A DNA stretch of 55,332 bases, the filler included, from Sphacelaria rigidula (Eukaryota), in assembly GCA_964200075.2 (NCBI GenBank). It is 6 parts of 6 records of this genome, joined end to end, with 100 filler letters (N's around TTAATTAATTAA, not from the genome) between each part and the next. Parts side by side here need not be neighbours in the genome. Positions count along the whole stretch, not along the records: positions 1 to 9,140 come from CAXNAA020009203.1; positions 9,241 to 18,380 come from CAXNAA020009204.1; 4 more parts are not named here. One strand, written 5' to 3'. Each line of letters opens with the position of its first letter. Position 1 is the stretch's first letter. Below the pieces are notes generated by a model. That model did not search any database. It saw only the letters and a list, made by a program, of their open reading frames with translations, and had not been told where the DNA came from. Positions 1-11,610 of this stretch are shown here, piece after piece. The position numbers were made by a program, and so were the translations under genes.

Positions 1-751
1 GTGTAATGTATGGAAGAAACGTAATGAGCTGCGGAAGAAACGTAATGAGGTTTGGGCGACCTGGGAGGGGGTCGTGCCGTCATTTCCCGATTCGGGGCCC
101 CTCGGCCCAGTGTGCAGTTGCTTAAAGTCTGACGTTGTCTCCTGTCTGCCCGAGAAACAGCAGTTTGCAACTTTTAGTCTGTGGCATACCGGGAAGCAAG
201 TCCTGTACGTGTACTTGAAAACAGGCATGGTATCATAGTGACTGGGCCTAATGCGGGACGACCTAGCGGGAATTTTCCGGTAAACGGCTCGCGTCTCAGC
301 GCTGGCTTGCTACCAGCCCTTGCAAATGTAGAGCGACGGCGATAACACGAACACGATTTATGCTTCAATACAACTTGACGTTTCTGTTCAACGATACATC
401 ACCATACCCCGGGTGTGTGCGGCAGACCTTCATTTTAGAGCCACTTCCAACCAGGGCCCAGCCGAGACCACTCTGGTTTCACCGCCGCAATCCAAGAGCG
501 CCATGTTACAAACACCGAAATAAATTGAAATTAGAAGCGCCCTGAGCACAGGGCAATCTATTTTACCTCGCATGAACCCTCCCATGACTTCATCAACACG
601 ATCCCCCACGACCGAGTGATTCGGGAATTTCGGGCTTATGTATCGGCAATAATGGACGGCATTATATTGATGGGCGAGCACAGCTAGCGATCGAGCGAAG
701 CCAAGGGAGCTCGCTGTGCGAGTTCCAATATCCCCCCCCGGCTGGAGTTGC

Positions 752-823
752 TGCTCCGTCTCGAAAGGAATGCGTGGTCAATGGTCAGACGACTAAGGCG
801 AGCAACAAATGAGAACGCCCCCC
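752..823 (+). mobile_element. ~66-nt LINE 3'-tail insertion with 18-bp TSD
   Basis: TGCTCCGTCTCGAAAGG...GAGAACG-(C)n flanked by direct repeat CCCCCCGGCTGGAGTTGC (734-751, 818-835); matches the 3' end of the LINE fragment at 22775-23248. Confidence 0.85.
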
Positions 824-842
824 GGCTGGAGTTGCCGCCGGA

Positions 843-942
843 AACAGCCAATCATCGAAACTGAGGATGGAACTTTTCATTGAGGATGAGTATCCGGAGG
901 ATTTAAATCTTCGTATCCACACCAAATCTTCGAAATATGGTT
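843..942 (+). mobile_element. One arm of the MITE family seen at 12669-13001, abutting the Gypsy LTR
   Basis: AACAGCCAATCATC..GAGGATGGAACTTTTCATTGAGGATG resembles both TIR arms of 12669-13001. Confidence 0.6.
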
Positions 943-1203
943 TGTGACGCCAGCCAGAAAAAGGACTGGTGGATATAACTGCTGTTGAGGGACTCCCCAG
1001 CCTCACCGGCCTCAGTTTTAGTTGTGAGCCTTCACAACATTCTCATTATTCAGGAGTGACCTTCCAAGGCACCAGCTTCTCTAGACCCGCAGGTACCATC
1101 TCCGTGTCCTTGGGCATTATCGAGAACCCTCCAGAATCTCCGTGCCTCAGTCATTATCCATATCATCACTACCAACTCAACGTAACGGCGTATTTTCGTC
1201 ACA
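943..1203 (-). repeat. 3' LTR (261 bp)
   Basis: TGTGACG...CGTCACA inverted termini; colinear with 6507-6735. Confidence 0.9.
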
Positions 1204-1277
1204 GCACACCCAAAGCGCGTCGGACGAAAATCGATCAACAAGTTTGACACATAAAAGACACCAAAACGATGAGTAAG

Positions 1278-3698
1278 TCACAATTGAATACCAAACTCAC
1301 TCGAAATGCGAGCAAAAACGGCACGGGTCACGCGCAATCGACGCAACTCCTTCGTAAGAAATTCCGGAGCGGCCTCAAAAATATTTCAAAAGACTCCCAC
1401 GTACGCTCCTCAACTTCAAAACCAACCCAGTCGACCTACACGATCAACGAACGATCGTCTGCTTCTGCCACTCGGACAATACCAGCCATCTGAAATCGCC
1501 CCTGATTGAAAACATGCAGGAACACGTCCTCAACGTCAGCCGTGACATTAAGCTGCGGGTCTACATCAAAACGCAGACGAGCTACATGGGCGGTCTGAAC
1601 ATGACCCGAAACAATGTCCTGAATCTCAAACACATGCGGGTGGTGAGCACCAACCACTCTCCACAGACCGGTCTACGTCGCCATCAACTTGGGGTAACAC
1701 CCGGACGACGCACGCGTGCATACAAGACATAGTCACCTACCTCGAAATTCGGCAGTTCTAACCCCGAAGAGGACCCCTCACGTTTACGCGCGCGTTCAGC
1801 GGCAACACGTTCCTGCACTTGAACGTGGAAACGCTCTTGCAAGTCCAAGACTCCTTGCGGTGCACGCTTAATTTGAACATCGTCCAACACATCACATTTC
1901 CATTCCCGTGCTGACGAAGACGCCAACACCGAGAAAGGCGTCCGAGGTGCACGACCCAACATCACGTGATACGGCGTACTATCGTACCGACGACGATGTG
2001 CTGTATTTAACACCCATTGCACCGCGGGCAACACGTCCACCCACTCGGTCACCTCTCGACGCTGCTCGAGAAGAATAGATCGAGGAGCACGAACCACTTC
2101 CCTGACCATGCGTTCGCACGTGCCGTTAGACCACGGAGAATATGCCACCGCAAACTGGTGATCAACGCGCAAAGCGTCTCGCAATCGGGCCAAGATCGTG
2201 TTCTTGGAATGCGTGGCGATATCACGCACCCACACACGCGGCACCCCCAAAGGTTTGCACCAATCGAGTAAAGATGCAGCGGTCGATTCGGCAGTACACA
2301 CTGCTACTTGTTCCAGAGTCACAAAGTTGCTCAATATCCATGATAACCAAAATGTATCAAAACTTTGCATCCTCCGACAAACCCCGGGAAGCTAGCGGGC
2401 CACTCCCACCCACGTACAAGAAGTCAAAATGAACGACTTCCTTCGGCGTGGTCCCATGGACCGTTTTGCCGAGCGGGCGGGGAACAACATCGCCCGCCCT
2501 AGAATCAGCACAGTGAAGACACTGGCGGACAAACTCGCGCACCTGAGTTTCTATCCCCTGCCAGACACAAAACTCTTGCAAGCGCACGAGCGTCGCAGCC
2601 ACACCGCGATGCCCGGCGTCGCGCATGTGCGCGCAAATAATCAAACGTACCTGTAACTGCTTGTCATAACTCGGAGTCCACAAAACATGCACTCGGAAAA
2701 GACTATTATTGTCCAAGATAGCAGTACCAACATCCGAGTCGAAAGATTGCACATCCGCATCTTCGCCCCTATGGTCGTTTCGTTGAGCTTGGCAGACAAC
2801 AGATTTGGACGGCATCGAGTCATCGGGTTCGCACGGACCATACACAGCCACAGCGCGCACACGTATTTGCATTGAACTGAAGGCACCTGCATGACGAAAC
2901 TACCCTAATGGCACTCAGATGCATCTGGAAACATTGACACCTGACAATCAAGACGAGGATGGAACAGCGTCACGGCATGAGCCACCAGATCTTTCGTTGC
3001 CGCCCACGCCTACAGCCTGCCCTCCGTCCATGTTGCAGTCTTCTTCTGAAACGCCATATCTGGACTGGACCACCGCGCCTGCATATTTCGTAACACCAAC
3101 CCGAGCGCCAAAAGAGCCGCCATGCACAACGCCAACCAACTCGACTTCATTGGATCGTACCGCCGCGGCTTCGACTTCGTCGCGGACGCCCCAGGTTTTA
3201 GCTGAACACGCATGGGCTCGACGCGCGCAGGGGGGTCACCCCGCAGCGCACGACGAAACGCGTTGACGCGGCAATGCAATATGCCGCGCAGGCGCTCCGC
3301 TTTTGAGACGCTGATGCCTGTCGCCCCAGCATCTGTCACGCTCTCCTCCAACACGATCTTCCGAGCGAACTCCTCTTCCGCCGAAATCATTCACGTCTCC
3401 AGGCCGCGCTCTACCGAGCGTTCCACCGCCGCATTCCGCTCCTCGGTCACCTGCCCTCCAGCCTCCTGAAAAGCATCCACCGACAAGCTCACGCGACGAC
3501 TGCCCAAAACGGCGGGCGTCTCCAAGTGTGGACCAGGCGGAGACATCTGCGTCTTTATGGATTCCCACCACCACCGACCGTTGACTCCAAGATCCTGAGG
3601 CGTTGGCAACCCCAGAAGAATGACGCCATCCGACCCCGGCATGATCGCAAACGAGATCGGAGGCAACTGCGCCGGCCCCCAGGAAGTCAAGGAAGTCA
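1278..3698 (-). pseudogene. Gypsy pol remnant: protease C-half, RT N-terminus, integrase, chromodomain; most RT/RNase H deleted
   Basis: FAIMPGSDGVILLG (protease); PPARVEPMRVQLKPG..PRRY..WSSP (RT start); H-x4-GHRG..C-x2-C and HFDFLYVG, SPWSNGTCER (integrase); YVDWVGFEVEERTWE (chromodomain); several frameshifts. Confidence 0.9.
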
Positions 3699-5137
3699 CA
3701 CACGTGGACAGATGACAGATAGCACCCTGTGAAGCACGTCTACAGGGTTCAGGGAGACTGTGCAGTCTTTCTCACGGAGATTTGGCTGTAGGGTGTTCAT
3801 TTGCGCTACACAGTACGCTGCACAGGGTTTCAGGGAGACTGTGCAGTGTTTCTCGCGGGGATTTGGCTGTAGGTTTTGTTTTCGCGCCGCACAGTACGCT
3901 TCACAGGGTTTCGTCACCCCATGTACTGTTCATTGTTGTCAATATGCTGTACAGTGTTTATAGCGCACATACAACATACTCCACCTTACAGCATGGGCAT
4001 GGTAATGGCCGAAAAAAACGGTCGAGAAATGGCAGGAGTGGGTATCGAACCCATGATTTCTGCTCGGGAACACGACAGGAATACATTGAGTTCCCCGATA
4101 TGTTCCTGATGTGAGCAATATTTTATTTTCTAATAACTATCAAGCAAAAACCTCCATAAACAAATGCATGATTGAATGAGTGTTTTTTTCTCAACATCAT
4201 TTGGTTTGCCTTATTGGTAGACACTGGACCACGGTTTTTTTTCATGAACTATGTGCATTCATATGCGAGCTATACGCCACCATCCCAGCATCCACGCCTG
4301 AAGCCGAAGCGTCGTATCTAAGCTCGCATATGTACATACACTCGTAAGCAGTGTTTGAGATTCGTATTCAGCGTAAGCTGTTGAGAATTTGATCCTTCGC
4401 CCCAATTGATATATAAATTGGGGGTCAAGAGGGTGAATTATTTTCAACAATCTTTGCTGCATCCCGAATCCCTTCGCTGATTATGGTGCAGTGTGCGGAA
4501 CTTGCACAGTTGAGGCTGTTCGCAATAAGTTCTCTTTTGCCCAATGTCCGGATGAATCAGCGGGCGAGGTGAGGATTTATTTCGAGCTTCTTCACCTGTA
4601 TATATTCCAAATCTGCCGGTGTGTATCGGATTTGTGGAGCAGATGAAGCTGTTTAAAATAAATCATTTTTATGCCCAATTAAATTAGGCAAAAAAAGGGC
4701 CTATTTTGAACAGCTTCATCTGCTCCACGAATCCCGTACATGTGTATCGGACATGTGTAGCAGATGAGGCTATTGAAGATAGATCCTTGTTTTTTTTTAA
4801 TTGGGCGAAAGAAGGATCTATTTCGAATATCTTCTTCTGCTGTCCGCAATAATTCCTCTTTTTGCCCAATTTCTAAATGGGCAATCGGGCAAAAAGAGGA
4901 ATTATTGCGGACAGCGTCTCTAAAAACATAAACTTGTAAATTTTGTAACAGAATAATTTGGAATTTTTCAAGTTGGGAGTGCCTCTCCACAGGGTTGGTT
5001 ACAGGGTCTCGAGAAAAAACGCTACACAAAATGCTGGTAGAGGTACTAGGGTTCGCAAATGCTGTACAGGGGTTTTCACGAAGACTACGACGAACCCTGT
5101 ACAGCACGTCCTACAGGATGCTATCTGTCCACGTGTG
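3699..5137. mobile_element. Non-autonomous DNA transposon with CAC termini (CMC/EnSpm-like) nested in the Gypsy protease
   Basis: TIRs CACACGTGGACAGAT(..)AGCA[CT]CCTGT; 2-bp TSD CA (3697-98, 5138-39); ~80-bp subterminal tandem repeats; removal restores in-frame RTVPLQLTSLTSWG. Confidence 0.85.
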
Positions 5138-6400
5138 CAGCTGCAGCGGAACAGTACGCTCTGTGACGTAACATGCTAATCCGACGCGGTGACTGCCTGC
5201 CGCGCCCCGAGCAAAAACTGGTTGCGCAGCGGCACACCCGGGAGAACACGCTCCAACACCTCTACAATCTGCACCGACAGACTAAGTGGGCGTAAGAATC
5301 CCACTTAGCCCGAACTGCGATGGCGCCACTCTCCCGTTCATTTGGGAGACACAGCTCCGCAGGAATGTATCTGTCCGCAAACTCCACTGGCAATTCATTC
5401 GCCGACCGATGCGCCGCCAATCCCACTTGACGCCACGGCTGCGCAAGCTGCGCAGGCGAGGACGCCCCAGCAGGTTCAAACGGCACCGCCGGCGGGTGTG
5501 ACCCCCAGCCAGCAGACCAAGAATTTGGTGAACCTTCGACCAGCGCGTCAGCAGGCGTCGCGCCTGGCGCTGCTGCCGGTGTCGCCGCCGGCACCACCAC
5601 CGGCGCCAGCGCAGTGTTCGACACTAAAAAAGTCGGTCCCACATGCACCGCCCGTTGCAGAGCAGCAGCACCTACAGCGGCGCCGGACCCAGAACCAGAC
5701 CCACGCTGACGCCGCTGCCTCTGCTGCTGCTGCTGCTGCTGCTGCTGAGGACTCGACTGCGACCCTCCACCGCCGGAGGGTCCGCCGCCGCCACCCCGAT
5801 TACCTCGTCTCTTGCCCTTGTGCTGACGATGCTGATGGCGCGCGGCATGAGACTGCCCAGACTCTCCGGAAGACGTTGAGCAATCGCGCGCATAATGGCT
5901 GACCTGGCCACAACAGTGGCAAGTGCCCGCCGCATGCAAAACATGCTTTCTGATCGCCGCAACCAAGTGCGGTGGGGTGATTGTGCTCTTTTTATGCTCC
6001 AAACGAGGAAACACTCTCTGCACATGAGTTTGCACTTGTTGAGCCATTGGCACCACCTAATGCCGCACAGTACCCCCTGCGTTAGCGTGCTTCACACGCT
6101 TCTTGTACTCAGCGTACTTTGTAATAAAAGTGCGAGGTGCACTCTCTGAGTATCTATCCCCGTATTGGGGAGGTCAAATACTCTTCCCGCATGACCACGG
6201 GTGTCGCCATAGCTGTAACGGGCTATCTGCGAACCCTTTGCAGGCCAGCGGGCTTTCGCGAATTGCACTCTTCCTTGTTTTGTCGCCGCACCACACAGTC
6301 GTAGGAGCCTCCAAACTCCCGCTGCACGCAGCTTCAGCAAGTCTTCAGTCTGGGTCGATCACACGCCAACCGCCTTTCTGCAGCTACCTCAGCTGGAACC
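5138..6400 (-). pseudogene. Gypsy gag (CCHC zinc knuckle) and protease N-half
   Basis: ORF 5262-6056 has CHCCGQVSHYARDC (C-x2-C-x4-H-x4-C) then a Gly/Gln-rich linker; upstream boundary approximate. Confidence 0.8.
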
Positions 6401-6506
6401 CTCTGCACGCATCCGTGGTCTATCAGTTTTCCACAGCTACCAGACTCCTCCGCCGAAATCGTTTCCAGCAGGGTTCTAGCACTAACACTAGCACTAATAT
6501 CGATAT

Positions 6507-6735
6507 TGTGACGCCAGCTAGAAGAAGGACTGGCGGATAACTGCTGTTGAGGGACTCCCCAGCCGTACCGGCCTCAGTTCCAGTTTTCGCAGCCTTTACA
6601 ACATTCTCATGATTCAGGAGTGACCTTCCAAGGCACCAGCTTTTCTAGGCCCGCAGGTACCATCTCCGTGTTCCGGTCATTGTCCAGAACCCTCCAGAAT
6701 CTCCGTGCCCCCAGTCATTATCCATATCATCACTA
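6507..6735 (-). repeat. 5' LTR lacking its outer ~32 bp
   Basis: Starts TGTGACGCCAGC; homology to the other LTR stops after CCATATCATCACTA. Confidence 0.88.
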
Positions 6736-7276
6736 AATAGCGGATCCTGAAAAATGGGGTCGATCTCTAAAATGAGGTTCAAGTGGCATATCGTTTTTGC
6801 AGGGATGACGCGAAACAGCTACACAGAGCGAAACCATATTTTCCCCCCAAACTCTGCAACTGTGAATCATCAGTTGTGGCTAAATGCACCGAGCGACTAC
6901 GGTGTACACGCGTGTCGATGACGATATCACCAGAGAGAGAAGCAACGACAGAGAGGAAGCTTCTCGCCCATGTCCTTTGTGTGCCTTCGCTGGGCAATTG
7001 CCAGTCGCTCGAGAGACTGGCGTCATGCATGTTACCAGCACGTACCCAATTTCTCATGTGCCAGTAGGTATCCCCACAGAACATCAATGTGCGGGGAGAT
7101 TTCGTCTCTTCTTGTCCCTGGAGGTCACCAATGCGAAGATCGATTTCTCTCTGCCTCTCTTTTTGGATAGGACGCGCCTCTGTGCGCTGAAAAACAGGGT
7201 AATGTTCCCGTCAACGCTACTACTGCTCCTTGTCACACACATGTCAGCAAGGACGGTGCACTGCGGCAAAAACAAC

Positions 7277-8372
7277 AGATGATCCAATTTGAAGTTGGGG
7301 GGTGTTATTTATCGTTGATTTTTCCCTGATATATCTGACCATCATGGCGCCCGACCACAAGAGCCTGCCGCAGGCTAGTTGGGGTGTGTGTGTGAGTGAT
7401 CAAACACTTGTGAAGAACTTCTTGACGTGCGAAGTGAAAAAAAATACCTATGGTGGGGACCTAACCGTTGCTAGCGTGGTGCAGAGGGGTGCGTCAGCTG
7501 CAATATGGAGCTTTCGTTGCTCTACTCTACTGACTCCCGTCTGCAGAGCGTCTGTCGAGAGCGGGTCACACACGGTAACAACATGTTGTTATGTATCCAG
7601 ATTCGGAACAGCCATGGAAACCAAACAGTTCTGCTTTTCAAAGTACGTCCACATGATTGAAATGACTTTTGTTTCTCGAAGGCAACTGTCCGCTTTGGGT
7701 CCGTTTAAACGTTCGAAGATACTGTCGAACAGCACTATCGAACTTTGCTGGTGTTGGTATCCGCCAATCAGTACAGTACGGAACATAAATCGACTGTTTA
7801 ACGTTCTTATAAGAAAGCAAGGGGCATGAAACTGTTTGCAGGTAGGAAAACGGGGATTATCATACACGAGAAACTCTGTGTTCCCCCGTGGCCGTTACAT
7901 GCACTCCCAAAACCTCTGTCGTCCTTCTTCCATACCTGGCGGGGGAAAGGGGAAGCTGCACTTCCTCAGGTAACAAGAGTCATTTCAATCATGTGGACGT
8001 ACTTTGAAAAGCAGAACTGTTTGGTTTCCATGGCTGTTCCGAATCTGGGTACGTAACAACATGTTGTTGCCGTGTGTGACCCGCTCTCGGCGGACGCTCC
8101 GCAGACGGGAGTCAGTAGAGTAGAGCAACGAAAGCTCCAGATTGCAGCTGACGCACCCCTCTGCACCACGCCAGCAACGGTTAGGTCACCACCATAGATA
8201 TTTGTTTCACTCCGCACGTCAAGAAGGTCTCCACAGGTGTTTTACCACTCACACACACACACCCCAACTGGCCTGTGGCAGGCTCTTGTGGTCGGGCGCC
8301 GTGATGGTCAGATATATCAGGGAAAAATCAACGATGAATAACACCCCCTCCCAAGTTCAAATTGGATCGTCT
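7277..8372. mobile_element. Foldback/MITE with ~400-bp TIRs and 3-bp TSD
   Basis: ~7277-7675 is the reverse complement of ~7970-8372; AGA...TCT termini; AAC on both flanks. Confidence 0.88.
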
Positions 8373-9140
8373 AACAGGGGATTCTATCAAATGAGATTGA
8401 TCAATGAAATGAGGTTTGAAGACCCTAGCCGTTGAATGACAAAAACCCCTCAGGAGTACCGCACGACATCGCTACTGTACAATTTTGGGGAGGAGTAGGA
8501 AGTGCGTCCGTGGTTTCACATGCCGCCCATCCCTGGTTAGCTGCGGGCGACGGACCATAACAGCGTTTGCTTGATTTTCGACGATGTTTTCACTATTGTT
8601 TGTCTCGAGGCTCGTGTCCAGACAAAAATGTCGGGCGTCAAGTTGCTCGTCAGTGACGTGGTGGGGGATATCACTGCCAACGCAGTGATGTGCCGAGCGG
8701 ATGATTGGGCGTCCACAGTCCTGAAGAATTGACGGCCGATGCAGAACGTGAATAATTTATTGCACAACTCAACCGTACTGCAAATACCCGTCGAGCTTTC
8801 CAATCCGGTTCAAGCATATATGATGCGGCAATGTCTCAGTCGGAAAAGAAATGGTTGGCATCCACCCCAATATCGCTTCGTACGGTCCCGCCATACACAC
8901 CATCGCAACCCTTCATCATGCTACATGACAGCATCTCGACCCCGTCCTGAACTGTACGTTCGCGCCCGCATCCCGACCTGTATGTGAACCTATTGCTTTT
9001 ACTCTCCAACCGCGCTACTGCAACTCGAGACTCCAGCGTCATCACTATCGCTATTGCGATCACCACCATCATCACCATCGCCATCACTTCCAGTATCACA
9101 GTCGTCATAGTCATCCTCGGGGGCTACCTCGTCCCCCAAG

Positions 9141-9240
9141 NNNNNNNNNNNNNNNNNNNNNNNNNNNNNNNNNNNNNNNNNNNNTTAATTAATTAANNNN
9201 NNNNNNNNNNNNNNNNNNNNNNNNNNNNNNNNNNNNNNNN
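9141..9240. other. Artificial contig linker (N44-TTAATTAATTAA-N44)
   Basis: 100-bp spacer with six-frame stop core, identical at five positions. Confidence 0.98.
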
Positions 9241-9300
9241 AGCCCGCTAGCCTGGTGCCCACTGAACTGGCACCATTCCCAGCTAGAGTATCGAACCATG

Positions 9301-10850
9301 ACATATCTCTTTCTTCTTTCTGGCAGGTCTAGGTCCCCCAACCGAAATCGCAGTTTCATATTTTTCGCAGCGTCCATTGAGCCATACAAAAATGCTTTTA
9401 TCCCTATCCCTTTTCTCAACCCCGCGCATATCTCCAGGTGTTCCTCTTCGTCTACTTTGCGTCTGAGCGCTCCTTTCCCCCCTATTCCCACAATATCTCT
9501 TACTTTTGCCTTGTACCCCACGTCTCCGCCTATGGACAGTACTTCGTCTTGATTCCCTCCAATCTCCTCCCATGTTTTCTCGACTTCTCTATACCACCTT
9601 ACAGCATGCCCTTTCGTACTTTTCTTTCAAACAGCCCTATCAACAATAGCTGACAATCTCTTTCTCTGCGTGTTCTTTATACTATATTGATATCTCAATT
9701 CCCTCATGTCTCTGTTTGTTTCAAGTGAACACATTCCCAACTGTACTCTCAGTTCTGTATTTCTCGTCGTTTTCGAGTATCCAAGTATATTTCTAGTTGC
9801 TGCCATCTGTACTGTTTCTAGGTTCTCCACCAACTTCACGTTCGCCTCCCATACTTTTCCTGCATATAGCAGCTTTGGCACGATCACTTTCAGCAGGATA
9901 CATCTCTTGATCCTAGTGTCTAGGTGCGAATAATGGGGACACGTCCACCCTTTCTATCTGTGCCGTACCCTTTTCTATCACTTTGTTCATGTGTGCATCC
10001 CAAGAACAGTTTTTATATATCTCTACGCCAAGGTATGTATACTGGTCTACGATCGGCAGTTCCTCTTCTTCTGCCCACTTCCGTTTGAACTCTACCGGAT
10101 TTTTCTTGTCTTCGTCACAGACAAGTACCGCGTATTCGTTGACATTCGCTGTCACTCTTCATTATTTCCTAATGTATTCTAGCGCCTTGTCGATCTGTTT
10201 TTGCAGTCCTTCTGGTGTTCCTGATATCCCCACAGAATCATCTGCGAACATCAATCCTGATAACACCTCTTCACCTACCTTGACCCCTTGCTTTGCTGCT
10301 TATATTGCTAGTATCAAATCATTAATGAATACCTTGAACAAAATGGGTGAAACGTACATCCTTGTGCAACTCCTTGTGAGATATCGGAATATTTCGATAT
10401 TTTCCCGTCTAGCATCATGGCAGTTATGGTCATTTATGTCACCTTCTTCACCATTCTACACATCCTTCCTCTGATCCCAGTTTCCATCAACGTTTTCCAC
10501 AACCCATTTCTCCATACTGTGTCATCAGCCTTCTGCATGTTCAGAAAGAAACAGTACGTTGTCAACAACCCGGTGTCTTTCCTACCTTGAAGAATCTTAC
10601 CTAGTGTGTACACATGATCTACGCAACTACGGTTTGGTCTGAAACCTGCTTGTCCCTCGCCAATTTTTTTTGTCGTCCTATTCTACCATCGTTCGTACTC
10701 TATCGTTCAGAATCTTACATAACGTCTTCTCTAGGCTGCTCAGTAGCGTTATCCCTCTATAGTTTCCTGGGTCAGCCGTGTCTCCTTTTCTGAAGAGGTT
10801 GATGACTACTCCTTCTCTCCACCTCTTGGGTGTGTACTCATTTTCCCATC
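9301..10850 (-). pseudogene. Non-LTR retrotransposon (LINE) ORF2 reverse transcriptase, frameshifted
   Basis: DPGNYRGITLLS, QAGFRPNRSCVDH, LMFADD, YTYLGV, PKLLYAG..W motifs; ends at DLPERRKRY, which overlaps the fragment at 22775-23248. Confidence 0.93.
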
Positions 10851-11198
10851 ATATTATTTGTTTTATTTTGTCCGTTACATTAGCTCGATCTCTCGAGCCC
10901 ATGGTCACAGAGTGCAAGGAGCATGTCACCCATACCCATAACCCAAACAGCCCGCAGAAGAGGCAAGAAATAGAACATCTTCACGAAAAAAAGGCACCTA
11001 CACTACGAAAGATCCGTATGAGACCGATTCAATTACAGTAGACCTACTTGTACTGGAGCCTAAGGAATCCTCGCGTGTGACCTCTCCGACTTTATTGCCA
11101 CGTGCTGGTGTATACACAGAGTGGTAACAGCGAGTAAGCCGATAATCGAAACTATCGCCTAGAACAGAGCCTGCGCACCGGAGACTGAACAACGCTAG

Positions 11199-11607
11199 AT
11201 CGACACCACAGCACCTGATATACACTCACACAGTCCGTAGCCACCATTCAAGTCATCGCACGGTGCAAACGGCCTTGTAGCGGTCGAGGAACGCGCCTGC
11301 TGCACAGTTGCAAAAAAGGCCGCCACCCGACTGGAGGTGGACATAAGCTACTATGTCCAAGTCGCGAGTTGAAGATAGCTTATGTCCACCTCCAGCGAGT
11401 GGAATACCTCTCCGCGCCCGTCCCATGTGACTTACATCGACACCACAGCCGCTGCAATACACTCACACAGTCCGGAGCCATCGTTTAAGCTACCGTGCGG
11501 TGTAAACGGTGTCGTAGCGGACGAAAAACGCGCCTGCTACACCCAGTTCCAAAAAATACCGCCAACCGACTGGAGGTGGACATCATGAGCTACTGTATGC
11601 CCAAGTC
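11199..11607. repeat. Two diverged direct repeats (~170 bp, period ~237)
   Basis: ATCGACACCACAGC...GACTGGAGGTGGACAT..CCAAGTC at 11199 and 11436. Confidence 0.75.
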
Positions 11608-11610
11608 CAG

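Larger units (their letters stand above)
943..6735 (-). mobile_element. Degenerate Ty3/Gypsy (chromovirus-type) LTR retrotransposon
   Basis: Two homologous LTRs (943-1203, 6507-6735) enclosing gag, protease, partial RT, integrase and chromodomain in Gypsy order on the minus strand. Confidence 0.9.

Noticed and set aside
7302..8435. Paralogous ORFs 7302-7829 and 7966-8217
   Set aside because: The similarity comes from the two arms of one inverted repeat; no recognisable domain.
9185..9196. TTAATTAATTAA palindromes as biological sites
   Set aside because: They always sit at the centre of N-runs and are assembly linkers.
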